Assembly (NCBI GenBank): GCA_964606895.1
Contig: CAZSHX010000003.1
Location: 11,921 to 75,920 of the forward strand
Direction of reading: 5' to 3'
DNA from: an uncultured Hyphomicrobiales bacterium
GTDB lineage: Bacteria; Bacteroidota; Ignavibacteria; Kapaibacteriales; UBA2268
Length of the DNA: 64,000 nucleotides
Shown: positions 40,699-51,900 of the stretch, piece by piece
Layout of the letters: every line of letters starts with the position of its first letter
How positions within the stretch are numbered: the stretch's first letter is position 1
The notes under the pieces: generated by a model
The model's input: only the letters and a program-made list of their open reading frames with translations
What the model was told of the DNA's origin: nothing
The model's database searches: none
Position numbers and translations under genes: made by a program

Positions 40699-41772
40699 AT
40701 GAAAAAATTCAGCTTATTCTTTGCTGTCATGTTCTTTGCAATCGTATTCGTTACCTTTTCAATCGAAAAGCCAAAGATTAAAATTCTTGAAAGAAATGAT
40801 GTATCCATGTCAATTAAATGGGATGATAACAACAGTTCCAAAAAAATAATTGTTGTCCACACCAAAAAAGACAATGCTGTTAAGCCGGCTTTGGAAAAGA
40901 CTTACAAGCCCGTTTCAGGTTTCGATTCATCTTTAACTGAATCCTACACAGGCTTAGGCAATTTAGTAGTTTATTCAGGGAATGATAAAACAGGTACTAT
41001 TAAGCTTTCAAATACAAATGCCGATACCGATTACGAAATTGATTTCTATTATGTAAATGAATCAAATAAAACTTTTGAAAATAAAGGCAATCCCTTTACC
41101 GAATCATTTTTTACTTCGGCAGTCAAACCTTCCAAAGGTACCCGTAATGTTGCTTTTACTAAAGTGAGTGACACTCAGTTTGAGATCAACTGGAAAAGAG
41201 GCGACGGGAAAAAATGTATCATGATAATTAAAAAAGGCAAGGGTGGACTGACTCTTCCTGTAAATGGAACTGAGTACAAAGCCAGCGAAGAATTCGGAAA
41301 AGGTTCTAAAACCGACAAAGACAGCACTTTTGTTGTTTATTCGGGTTCCGGAAATGATGTTACAGTTAAAAATCTTCAGCCTAATACTTTCTACACGATG
41401 CAGGTGGTGGAATACAACGGTTCCGGCGAAAAAATTAATTATCAGTCAGCTACAGGTTTTTTTAATCCCAACAACAGAACAACACTACTCGAAACACCAA
41501 CATTATATAATGCCGAAAATATTACCGAATCTTCATTTGTTGCCAAATGGAAAAAGGTTGACGGAGCTGATGTTTACGAACTTGATTTGGGTTATGACAA
41601 GGAATTTCAGAAAATGCACCCCGATTTCACTGCCATTGATGTAGGAAATATTAATGAATATATGTTCGAAGAATTGAAACCCGGCAAATATTATCTTCGT
41701 GTTCGTGCTTTCGGGAATAAGAATCACAGCGAAAATTCAAAACCCATTCAATTCGAACTAAAAGCGAAATAA
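40699..41772 (+). CDS. Secreted hypothetical protein with three Fn3-like repeats
   Basis: Signal peptide. Repeated beta-sandwich modules (…FEINWKRGDG…, …FVAKWKKVDGADVYELD…). Confidence 0.5.
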   Translation: MKKFSLFFAVMFFAIVFVTFSIEKPKIKILERNDVSMSIKWDDNNSSKKIIVVHTKKDNAVKPALEKTYKPVSGFDSSLTESYTGLGNLVVYSGNDKTGTIKLSNTNADTDYEIDFYYVNESNKTFENKGNPFTESFFTSAVKPSKGTRNVAFTKVSDTQFEINWKRGDGKKCIMIIKKGKGGLTLPVNGTEYKASEEFGKGSKTDKDSTFVVYSGSGNDVTVKNLQPNTFYTMQVVEYNGSGEKINYQSATGFFNPNNRTTLLETPTLYNAENITESSFVAKWKKVDGADVYELDLGYDKEFQKMHPDFTAIDVGNINEYMFEELKPGKYYLRVRAFGNKNHSENSKPIQFELKAK

Positions 41773-41822
41773 GAATTTTAAAGCAGATCAATCTTATTGA
41801 ATTTTAGAATTATCTTTAATAA

Positions 41823-43028
41823 TTGCAGGAGAACAAAATGATTAGAACTATAGACACCATGATTTTCACCCATAAACTTGTGTTAATCAGAGTTGATTTC
41901 AATGTTCCATTGGATGAGAATAACAAAATTACTGACGATACAAGGATTAACGAATCATTGTCTACCATCAACAAAGTTATTGACGACGGCGGGATTCCTG
42001 TTCTGATGTCACACCTTGGAAGACCAAAGGGCGAGAGAAATATGAAATATTCTCTCAAACCGGTTGCTGATTATCTTGAAAATCATTACGGTTACGATGT
42101 TATTTTCGCTGAAGATTGTATTGGCGAATCGGCAAAAGCCGCAGTAAAAAAAGCTGAAATAGGCCAGATTGTTTTGCTCGAAAACCTCCGCTTTTACAAA
42201 GAAGAAGAAAAGAATGATTTGGAATTTGCCCGAAAACTTGCCGATTTGGGCGATGCCTATATTAATGATGCATTCGGTACTGCTCACCGTGCTCATGCCA
42301 GCACAGCGGCAGTAGCGTCCTTTTTCACCGACAGGTTTGCAGGCAAGCTCCTTACTGACGAAATTGAATATCTTGGCAAAGCTGTTCAGAATCCACGCAG
42401 ACCTTTTGTCGCAATTTTGGGCGGTGCGAAAATTTCAGGTAAGATTGATGTTATTGATAATCTCATGGATAAATGCGATGCAATCCTTATCGGCGGTGGA
42501 ATGATGTTTACTTTTTACAAAGCAATGGGACTTGAAATCGGGAAATCAATTCTTGAAGCTGATAAGGTTCAACTTGCTAGTGAAATTCTTGAAAAAGCAA
42601 AAAAGAAAAACATCAGATTGCTATTACCTCAGGATGTTACAATTGCTAACAGCTTTTCGAACGATGCTGAAACTAAAATTGTTCCCTTTAATGAAATACC
42701 TGCCGATTGGTTTGGAATGGATATTGGTCCATTAACTATGGCGACATTTGAAAAAGAAATTGTCGGAGCAAAAACTGTTATTTGGAATGGACCGATGGGG
42801 GTTTTTGAAATGGAGAATTTTGCCAAAGGCACTTTCTCTATTGCTCAATCCCTTGCCAAAGCAACCAATATCGGTGCAATCACGATTGTCGGCGGCGGCG
42901 ATTCTGCGGCGGCAATTTCTCAAATGAAATTCAAGAACAAAGTTACGCATGTTTCCACAGGCGGTGGTGCTTCGCTCGAATATCTCGAAGGTAAAATTCT
43001 GCCCGGCATTTCTGCTTTGGAAATATAG
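41823..43028 (+). CDS. pgk: Phosphoglycerate kinase
   Basis: VDFNVP, SHLGRPKGE, GGGASLE and other PGK hallmarks. The likely start is the Met at 41838. Confidence 0.93.
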   Translation: MQENKMIRTIDTMIFTHKLVLIRVDFNVPLDENNKITDDTRINESLSTINKVIDDGGIPVLMSHLGRPKGERNMKYSLKPVADYLENHYGYDVIFAEDCIGESAKAAVKKAEIGQIVLLENLRFYKEEEKNDLEFARKLADLGDAYINDAFGTAHRAHASTAAVASFFTDRFAGKLLTDEIEYLGKAVQNPRRPFVAILGGAKISGKIDVIDNLMDKCDAILIGGGMMFTFYKAMGLEIGKSILEADKVQLASEILEKAKKKNIRLLLPQDVTIANSFSNDAETKIVPFNEIPADWFGMDIGPLTMATFEKEIVGAKTVIWNGPMGVFEMENFAKGTFSIAQSLAKATNIGAITIVGGGDSAAAISQMKFKNKVTHVSTGGGASLEYLEGKILPGISALEI

Positions 43029-43063
43029 CTTTTTATTGGATATCAGAGATTTTTTTTATAAGA

Positions 43064-43096
43064 TGCCCTACATCTGCCAGATGTAGGACATCTTTA
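43064..43096. repeat. REP-like hairpin (gatgccctacatctgccagatgtaggacatc) between convergent genes; probable terminator
   Basis: Near-identical to the hairpin at 38714-38746. Confidence 0.55.
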
Positions 43097-43162
43097 TTCT
43101 CTCAACCTGATCCAACTTGGAAAGAGAACAATTATCTTCCATGATATATACGAATCTATTCT

Positions 43163-45472
43163 TTATCCCAAATTCTTTCTTGCTTCATTCAAGCCTTTCA
43201 AAACGACATCTTCGGGAATTGCAATATCAAATCCTGTTTTGGGAACGCCTTTTTTGGCTCGTATTCTTTTTAGAACCTCGAGAAAACATTGTTCAGATTC
43301 TCTGAATCTGCCTAAGTAAAAGAGTGAATAAGCTTTCAGGTGCATTCCATAAACCTGCTCAGGTGCTTTCTCAAGAGATTTTTCAGCCCATTGAAGTGCT
43401 TCATCGTATTTTTTCTGCCCTCCCAATATCTGGCATAAAGTTGCCGAAGCAGAGGCATAAACAGAAGGGGACAAATCATCAAGATTCAGAGAAAAGCGAA
43501 TTGCATTTTCAGCTTCTGCACGAAGATTCATTTGAGCAAGAGTTTGCCCAAGCTGATACCATGCATAAGCATTCAGCGGTTCTTCCTTGACGTGTTCTAT
43601 AAGCAGAGAGTAATTTCGCTTAACTTTTTGCTCCATTACCTCACGGGTTTGGTTGTAACCAAGGTGAATAATGACTAAATCTGAGTTTACAACTGCTTTC
43701 CCCAAAGCAAAAAGCGAAGGAGTAATCTGCTCGTGAACCCTGCCCTGAAAATTAATCTTCGGATAGCCGTAGTTTCTGAAAAGTCTTGGATAGCCGCCAC
43801 TGTGCATTTCAGTTGCACCGTCTATCTGTATATGGTTGCTTTCTATTGTAATAATAAATCCGTCAATATCATCGGGAGTCTGCTGAATCATATTTTTTAT
43901 AGAAACCGAAGAATTCGGCGATAACCTTTCGTCAGCATCCATATATAAAATCCATGAACCTGTACTGTGTTTCAAAGATTCATTACGTGCGGCGGCAAAA
44001 TCATTTATCCATTTGAAATCAAAAATTTTTGCATTGAATTTTTGTGCAATTTTCTTTGTATTGTCGGTGGAGCCTGTATCAATTATTACTATTTCATCAA
44101 CTGCTCCCTGAACACTTTGCAAACATCCTTCCAGCATCAGTTCTTCGTTTTTGACAATCATTGCAAGAGTTATCAATGGTTTTGAACTGTTGGGTTGAAA
44201 ATTTCCGGAATTCTGAGTTTGAATATTCTGATTGGTATCAGGTAAATTTATAGCATGCTTAATCTGCTCAAGATATCCGGGAAGTGAAGGATTATCAGGT
44301 TGTATAGATAATGCTTTTTCAATTAATTGCTTGGCTTTAGGATAGTTTTTGTTATTATACTCAACATTTGCAATTCCAACCAAATTGCTGACATCTTTTG
44401 GATTGATATCATTGCCTTGTTTAAAAAACACCATGGCATTTTCGTAATCTTTCAATCCTACATAGCATTTGCCAATTCTGAAAGCAAGCTGTTCAATCGG
44501 GAGATAATAATCTCCTGCAATATGAGCATTAAGTTCAGGCGACCTCTGAGCCTCATCCATTTTAAAATATGCTTCAAGAGCAGGTGCGTAATTGTGTTGA
44601 GCAGTTAAAGTTTCGCCATAAATAAAATTTGCAAAAGACTGCTTTGGAATTACTTTAAGCGACAATAAACAGCGTTCGATTGCCGTATCGTAATTTCCCA
44701 GCTGATAAGAAATTACAGCACCGAAATTCAGAGCCTGAGGGTAAACTGCACTGTCAGTGTTAACAATTGTCAAGCATTTTCTTATGTCCTGCTCAGCTTG
44801 TGCAAGATTACCAAGAGCAAGAAAAGTTTTGGCTCGTTGGAATATATTATAAGCATTATTTGGGTCTGAAGTTAAAGTTAAATTAAGTAAATCCAGATTT
44901 CTGATTTGCTTTTTTCTCATTTCATCCGGAGAATGAGCATAACCCAGATGTGTAATTTTCAATGGAGTAGCTTCAATTTTCAAACCCAACTTTAATATTG
45001 GGTCAACTACTTGTTCATGAATAATCCCATAGAACCGAATATCCCTATGATTTATAAATAGCCTGAGCAGATTACTGATGTAAGTATCCAAACTTCCGTC
45101 TTTTCTGGTCGCGGTTGAAACTACTTCAATCAACCAGCCGCCGGTATTGGATTTAGACGAATTCAAAACGGGGATTAGAAGTTCAGGATTGGTAATCCTT
45201 TCGTCAGCATCCAAACTGAGAATATATTTATTTGTTGCATGGCTTAAAGCAATGTTACGAGCTTTGGAAAAATCATTTTCCCACTTTTCTCTGATTACCT
45301 TGCATCCAAAACTTTCAGCAATAGAGATAGTTTTATCATTCGATCCGGTATCAACAACAATTATTTCATCAGCTATTCCTCGGATTGACCGAAGGCAATC
45401 CGGCAACATTTTTTCTTCATTTTTAGCAATAATACAAACTGATAGTTTTCCTGAAACTCTGTTATTTTCCAT
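43163..45472 (-). CDS. Tandem double GT2 glycosyltransferase with interleaved TPR repeats (GT2–TPR–GT2–TPR)
   Basis: Two GT2 cores (LSVCIIAKNEEKMLPDCLRSI…IVVDTGSNDKT; ITLAMIVKNEELMLEGCLQSV…IVIIDTGSTDNT), each followed by a TPR-like helical region. 769 aa. Confidence 0.75.
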   Translation of the reverse strand: MENNRVSGKLSVCIIAKNEEKMLPDCLRSIRGIADEIIVVDTGSNDKTISIAESFGCKVIREKWENDFSKARNIALSHATNKYILSLDADERITNPELLIPVLNSSKSNTGGWLIEVVSTATRKDGSLDTYISNLLRLFINHRDIRFYGIIHEQVVDPILKLGLKIEATPLKITHLGYAHSPDEMRKKQIRNLDLLNLTLTSDPNNAYNIFQRAKTFLALGNLAQAEQDIRKCLTIVNTDSAVYPQALNFGAVISYQLGNYDTAIERCLLSLKVIPKQSFANFIYGETLTAQHNYAPALEAYFKMDEAQRSPELNAHIAGDYYLPIEQLAFRIGKCYVGLKDYENAMVFFKQGNDINPKDVSNLVGIANVEYNNKNYPKAKQLIEKALSIQPDNPSLPGYLEQIKHAINLPDTNQNIQTQNSGNFQPNSSKPLITLAMIVKNEELMLEGCLQSVQGAVDEIVIIDTGSTDNTKKIAQKFNAKIFDFKWINDFAAARNESLKHSTGSWILYMDADERLSPNSSVSIKNMIQQTPDDIDGFIITIESNHIQIDGATEMHSGGYPRLFRNYGYPKINFQGRVHEQITPSLFALGKAVVNSDLVIIHLGYNQTREVMEQKVKRNYSLLIEHVKEEPLNAYAWYQLGQTLAQMNLRAEAENAIRFSLNLDDLSPSVYASASATLCQILGGQKKYDEALQWAEKSLEKAPEQVYGMHLKAYSLFYLGRFRESEQCFLEVLKRIRAKKGVPKTGFDIAIPEDVVLKGLNEARKNLG

Positions 45473-45661
45473 ATTTTTCCGATTATAATATTATTTAGCA
45501 TTCTTTTAAAAAAAGTGTAACTTTTTTCCTGTAAAAAACATCTTTATATATTGGCACAAGAAGTAATTTAAAATAAATATAAATTTACTAATTTTGTAAT
45601 AATAAATGACGATAATATTTATTATGATGTTGATTTTTTATAATATAAATTTTGGGATTCT

Positions 45662-48600
45662 ATGAAGACTCGTTTTTTAAAAAGTTTTGTTCCTCAAACT
45701 GCATTGATTTTAATAGCAGTATTTTTAGTGAATTTCAGCAATGGATTGTCTCAGGCGTGGATAAAACCTGTGGATGCTGAAAAACCTTTTTCATTTCCTG
45801 AAGCTCAGCAAAAATTCAATGAATATTGGAAAGATAAAAAACCTGCCAAAGGTTCGGGTTGGAAAGTTTTCAAAAGACTCGAATGGTTTTGGGAGCAAAG
45901 GTTGTACCCTTACAACGAAATGCCCGATGCAAACAGAATTTATAAGGACTGGAATAATTATCTTGAAAATAAAAAGTCAAGTGATAAAATGAATTCCAAA
46001 GCAGACTGGAAATTTTTAGGACCTACACAAAAACCCCAAACGAAACCGGGTGAAATTCCTCCTGGCATTGGTAGAATCAACTGTGTGGCTTTCGATCCTT
46101 CGAATCCCAATATTCTTTGGGCAGGAGCCGCTTTTGCCGGAGTTTGGAAATCAACAAACGGCGGTTCAACATGGACAACATTTCCACAAACAGATTTTAT
46201 GGCTGTTGGAGTTTCGGATATTGGAGTAGCACCCTCAGCACCAAATACCATTTATGTTGCAACCGGAGATGCTGAATCCGGAGGATTTTTCGGACAAAAT
46301 TTCTCATTCAGTATAGGAATATTGAAATCTACCGATGGTGGAGCATCTTGGAAGCAAACAGGATTACAGGCTCCACAATCAAATACGTTGCTAATCAATA
46401 GACTGCTTGTTCATCCTACCGACCCAAATACAGTTTATATGGGTTCCAATGCAGGTGTTTATAAAACTGTTGACGGTGGTACTAACTGGACTCAGATAAG
46501 TGCAGAAATTTGCCGCGATTTGGAATTCAAACCTACCGACCCGACAATCCTTTACGCCTCAATTATCAATAGTGGTGTATATTCAATTAGAAAATATACA
46601 GTAGCATCAGGTCAATGGTCAAGACAACTTGAATTTGCCCAAAATGAAGTTGCAAGAATTGCATTAACTACTTCAAAAGGGAATGCTTCCTATGTTTATG
46701 CTGTTGTTGCAGGAGCAGATATGGGATTCCATTCATTCTGGAAAACTACAAACGAAGGCACAACTTGGACAAAAATTTCAGATAAATCCAAAACACCTAA
46801 TTTATTGTCATTCGAATTCGATGGCAGTACAGCAGGAGGGCAAGGGATGTACGATCTGGCTTTGACTGCGGATCCTGTTGACCCAAAAACAGTTTATGTC
46901 GGTGGAGTGAATATTTGGAAATCAACCGACGGAGGTAGTAAATGGAATTTATTAGCTGATTGGACAGGTTATTACGCTCCATGGGTTCATGCTGACCATC
47001 ATTATCTCGATTTTTCACCAAATGGAACATTGTTCTCGGCGAATGACGGAGGTTTGCAAAAATCTTCAAATTACGGAACCAACTGGACAGATATTAGTAA
47101 TGGTTTAGCCGTAATGCAATTCTATCGTTTAGCAACATCGAAAACTGATGCCGACTTCATTATTGCAGGTGCTCAGGACAATGGAACAAACAAATTAAAC
47201 GGTGGTGTTTGGCAAAATATTCAGGGCGGCGACGGAATGGAGTGCTTGATTGATTATTCAGATGCTAAATATATTTATGCCTCTCTTTATTATGGAGAAT
47301 TAACCCGATCAGTGGATGGCGGTAATACTTTCACTCAAATGTTTGACCCAAAAAAAGTCAATGAACAAGGCGGATGGGTAACACCGATGATTATGCATCC
47401 CTCAGATCCTAAAATACTTTTTGCAGGATTACACAATATTTGGAAAACAACCGATAGAGGAGTTAATTGGGGACCAATTTCAAATTTTGCCGGAAACGGT
47501 AATTTCAGAGCTCTTACAATTGCACCTTCAAATCCGAATTATATATATGCGGCGGCTTATAACCAATTAGTTCAATCAACTAATGGGGGAACAAGCTGGA
47601 ATATTACTTACACTGCTGAAGTTCAAATCAGTTATATTGTTGTTGATCCCACCAAACCCGACAGAATTTGGTTAGCACTATCAGGTTTTAAGGACGGGTC
47701 AAAAGTGCTTAAAATTGATAATGGAACATTGACCAATGTCTCAGGAACCCTTCCAAATGTTCCGGTAAATTGTATAGTTTACCAGAATAATTCGGTAGAA
47801 AGACTTTATATCGGGACTGATATTGGAGTGTTTACCCGCGATAAAAGTTCAAAAGATTGGGAGTTATTCAATGATGGATTACCGCCTGTAGTAATTAATG
47901 AACTTGAAATTCATTATGGTGGGCAAAAGCTCAGAGCCGCAACTTATGCAAGAGGATTGTGGGAGACTAAACTTTCAGACTGTGATATTCAAACTCCTGA
48001 TATTGTTGTGACAGGTAAAACAAATATTTGCAAAGGTGATTCTACCATTTTAGAATGTTCAGGTGATTTTGCATCTTACAAATGGTCGAGCGGACAATCA
48101 TCAAAAAAAATTACAGTTAAAACTGCCGGTTCATTCAGTTGCCTTGTGACTGATGCCAAGAAATGCGAAGCTACTTCTATCCTTGTAACAATTACAGTGA
48201 ATGACCCACCCGATATTACGATCAAAGCACTTTCCAAACATCCGTTCTGCGAAGGGGACAGTGTTCAGCTAAGCGGACCCGGGTTGCAGTATTCCACAGT
48301 CAATTGGTCAAACGGTGAAACAGTAAGGAAAATTTGGGTGAAGAAACCCGGTCCATTAACGGTTACAGGTCTGACGTCATCAGGTTGTTCGAAAGTATCT
48401 CCTACATTTGTTGTTGAGATGCTTCCGAAACCATCAAAACCAATCATAACTAAATCGGGAGAAGAACTGATTTCGAGTGATGCACTATCGTATCAGTGGT
48501 TTTTTAATGGAGATTCAATTCCCGGAGCAAATAAGAAGAATCTGATGCCTGCAAAATCAGGAAAATATAAAGTTGAAACAGGTGATAATAAGGATTGCAA

Positions 48601-48907
48601 AAACACATCTGATGAATTTGCTTATGGAACAGATGCAGTTGAGCAAAATGTAAATAGCCAATTTATACGAATTATGCCAAATCCCTCGAAAGACTTTTTC
48701 AATCTCGAAATAAATGGTGAATTTCAAGGGGATGTTACTCTATCAGTAACGAATTTACTTGGAATCGAATTGTTCTCTGCTAAGGAAGTATATGCCGGAA
48801 ATTCATTTTTCAAACAGCTTGATTTGTCAAAATTTCCAACAGGAGTCTATTTTGTCAAAATTGGATTGAATACAGGCATAATTATAAAAACTATAACAAA
48901 AGATTAA
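45662..48907 (+). CDS. BNR/Sortilin (GH74-like) double beta-propeller protein with Ig-like domains and a T9SS C-terminal sorting domain (paralog 1)
   Basis: At least 9 x (K/R)(S/T)xDGGxxW repeats. Three Cys-containing Ig-like modules. C-terminal Por tail (IRIMPNPSKDFFNLEI…GVYFVKIGLNTG). Signal peptide. Confidence 0.7.
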   Translation: MKTRFLKSFVPQTALILIAVFLVNFSNGLSQAWIKPVDAEKPFSFPEAQQKFNEYWKDKKPAKGSGWKVFKRLEWFWEQRLYPYNEMPDANRIYKDWNNYLENKKSSDKMNSKADWKFLGPTQKPQTKPGEIPPGIGRINCVAFDPSNPNILWAGAAFAGVWKSTNGGSTWTTFPQTDFMAVGVSDIGVAPSAPNTIYVATGDAESGGFFGQNFSFSIGILKSTDGGASWKQTGLQAPQSNTLLINRLLVHPTDPNTVYMGSNAGVYKTVDGGTNWTQISAEICRDLEFKPTDPTILYASIINSGVYSIRKYTVASGQWSRQLEFAQNEVARIALTTSKGNASYVYAVVAGADMGFHSFWKTTNEGTTWTKISDKSKTPNLLSFEFDGSTAGGQGMYDLALTADPVDPKTVYVGGVNIWKSTDGGSKWNLLADWTGYYAPWVHADHHYLDFSPNGTLFSANDGGLQKSSNYGTNWTDISNGLAVMQFYRLATSKTDADFIIAGAQDNGTNKLNGGVWQNIQGGDGMECLIDYSDAKYIYASLYYGELTRSVDGGNTFTQMFDPKKVNEQGGWVTPMIMHPSDPKILFAGLHNIWKTTDRGVNWGPISNFAGNGNFRALTIAPSNPNYIYAAAYNQLVQSTNGGTSWNITYTAEVQISYIVVDPTKPDRIWLALSGFKDGSKVLKIDNGTLTNVSGTLPNVPVNCIVYQNNSVERLYIGTDIGVFTRDKSSKDWELFNDGLPPVVINELEIHYGGQKLRAATYARGLWETKLSDCDIQTPDIVVTGKTNICKGDSTILECSGDFASYKWSSGQSSKKITVKTAGSFSCLVTDAKKCEATSILVTITVNDPPDITIKALSKHPFCEGDSVQLSGPGLQYSTVNWSNGETVRKIWVKKPGPLTVTGLTSSGCSKVSPTFVVEMLPKPSKPIITKSGEELISSDALSYQWFFNGDSIPGANKKNLMPAKSGKYKVETGDNKDCKNTSDEFAYGTDAVEQNVNSQFIRIMPNPSKDFFNLEINGEFQGDVTLSVTNLLGIELFSAKEVYAGNSFFKQLDLSKFPTGVYFVKIGLNTGIIIKTITKD

Positions 48908-48911
48908 AATA

Positions 48912-51900
48912 ATGTTATTAAAATTAAAATCACAAAGAATTAAAATGAAAAAAGTGTTAAATATCGTTACGATTGTTTTGTGTGTGCTTTTTGCAGGTTA
49001 TACTGCAGATTCACAAACTCAGTTACAGAATTTGGCAAAACAAAGCAATCCAAAATTTGAAGATGTCCGTAATGCTTCAGAAGCAATTTGGAAAGACATT
49101 CCTGTTGACCAAAGAAAAGGTTGGAAACAGTTTAAAAGATGGGAATATTTTTGGCAGAGCAGATTGAATCCTGATGGGACTTTCCCAAATTCAAATCAAT
49201 TGATGAATTCAATAAAATCAGTTCAGGTTCAAAATCAGAAATCAAGTGATAAAATGCAGGGTAATGTTCCTCAATGGAAATCACTCGGACCAAAAGTTAA
49301 TCCAAACAGCGGTTCAACAGAACTTGGCATTGGCAGACTAAATGTTATCAGATTCAACCCTGTAAATTCCAAAATAATTTGGGCAGGTTCTGCCGGCGGA
49401 GGATTATGGCGGTCTTTAAACGGCGGTAAAAATTGGGAGACTTTTGCGTTCACCCAATTTCTTTCATTAGGTGTATCGGATATTGCAATATCTATGTCAA
49501 ATCCAAGCACAATTTATGTTGCAACCGGTGATGCTGACGGTATTGGCGGCGGTGGGGGTAATTCTTATAGTATTGGTGTTATTAAATCTATTGATAATGG
49601 TTTAACCTGGGAGGTCACAAATCTGAATTATGGATTTGCTAATCAAAAGTTAGTTTCTCGACTGCTTGTTGATCCTAAGAACTCCAATATCCTTTTAGCC
49701 GCTACAATCGAAGGTATTTTCAAAACTACTGATGGGGGAGCAAGTTGGGCAAGAAAATCGGATAATATTTATTTCAAAGATATGGAATTCAAACCCGATG
49801 ACCCGAACGTAATTTATTCTGTAACAAATGGTTGGTCCGGAACATGCACAATTTTTAAATCTGTTGATATGGGAGAAACCTGGAAACAAGGTTATTCAGT
49901 CTCCGGAACGTCAAGAATTGCCCTGGCTGTAACTTCGGCAAATTCAAATAATGTTTATGCAGTATGTGCCGCATCAAATAGTTCCTTTCATTCCTTTTTG
50001 AAATCAGATGACGAAGGTGAAACATGGACTAATCTATATGACAATAACAAAGGAGTTAATCTTTTGGGTAGGGAAGATGGTACAGGTAATGACCGGTATG
50101 TTGGACAAGGCTGGTATGACCTTTGTTTAGCCATTTCGCCTTTTGACGAAAATGAAATATTTGTTGGTGGTGTCAATATCTGGAAATCAACAACCGGAGG
50201 TTCAAGTTGGACATTAAATGCTCATTGGTATGGCGGGCAGGGTGGAAAACCTTATGTCCATGCAGACCAGCATGACCTTATTTATGATGAAAATGATGGA
50301 TATTTATATTCCGCAAATGATGGAGGAATTGACCGGACAATGGACGGAGGAGTGAAATGGACTAATTTTAATAATGGCATGAATATTACTCAATATTATA
50401 GAATTGCCTGTTCGGCGCAAGACTCAAATGTTATTTATGGCGGTGCTCAGGATAATGGTTCCCATAGATATGAAAAGGGTACATGGACGAAGGTTTATGG
50501 CGGTGATGGGATGAACTGTGAGGTTGATTGGGTTGACCCATTGACCGCTTATGTTTCACTTTACAACGGAGCATTGTACCGGACTACAAATGGCTTTTCT
50601 TTTTCAAAAATGGACATTACCTCTGAAGGTGGGGCATGGGTAACTCCATTTATTATAAGTCCAATAAATCATTTTGTTCTATATGCCGGATTTAAAAATG
50701 TATGGAAATCTGAAGACGGCGGAAGGAAATGGAGTAAACTTTATTCTTTGAATAATAACACGACTCTTCGCTCCCTTGCGGCGGCTCCATCTGATTCAAA
50801 TACAATTTATGCCGCTACTTACAATACTTTATGGGTAACTTATGATGGCGGTAAATCATGGACTACAATTCCTAACGTACCGGAAAGTATATCATCAATT
50901 GCTGTTGACCCGAAAAACGCAAAGAGGTTCTGGCTTACTAATGATGGTTTTAATGACAAAAATAAAGTATTTGAATATAATGGAGATACGAAAACGAATA
51001 TTTCAGGAAATCTCCCAAATTTACCGGTTAATTGCGTTACTTATCAAAAAGATTCTCCAGACAGACTCTATATTGGAACCGACATTGGAGTTTATTATAG
51101 TGATTATGGTTCCGCTAACTGGGAACCTTTTGGCGAGGGATTGCCAAATTTGATTGTTAATGATATTGAAATTCATTATGGTTCAAGCAAATTACTAATT
51201 GCTACTTACGGTAGAGGTGTTTGGGAAACTAATATTATCAATTGTAATCTTTCGGAACCACAGGTAAAAACAATCGGGAAGACTGTCTTTTGCTGGGGGG
51301 ATTCTGTAATCCTTGAATCTGTAGGCGATTATCAGGATCTTTACTGGTCAACGGGAGAAAAAACTAAAAGAATTACTGTTAAAGAATCAGGTGATTATAA
51401 TATTACAATTGTTGACCCATCAGGTTGCAAAGCCAGTTCAAAGGCAATTATTGTTGATGTTAAATCTGCTTCTCCTATTCAAATTAAGCCAATTGGTAAA
51501 TTTCCTGTTTGTGAAGGCGATGTTATCAGTCTTGAACTGAATGTACCTATGGGATTCAATAAATATCTTTGGTCAACCGGAGATACTATAAGGAGAATAA
51601 AAATAACCCAACCCGGAAAATATAATGTTACTGCAACTACGTCAGATGGATGTTTTTCAACTGACAGCTTTGAAATTATTATATATCCAAGACCTGAAAA
51701 GCCTAATATTATAAGATACTGGTATAAACTTCTCAAGGCTTCTGATGCCTTGTCATTCCAATGGTATCTGGATGGAAAAATCATTTCCGGTGCAACAGAT
51801 CAGATTCTTGAAATTGATAAGCTTGGGGACTATACTGTTCAGATTTCCGATAAAAATGGTTGTACAAACACTTCGGAATTGTATAATGTTATTTCAGGTG

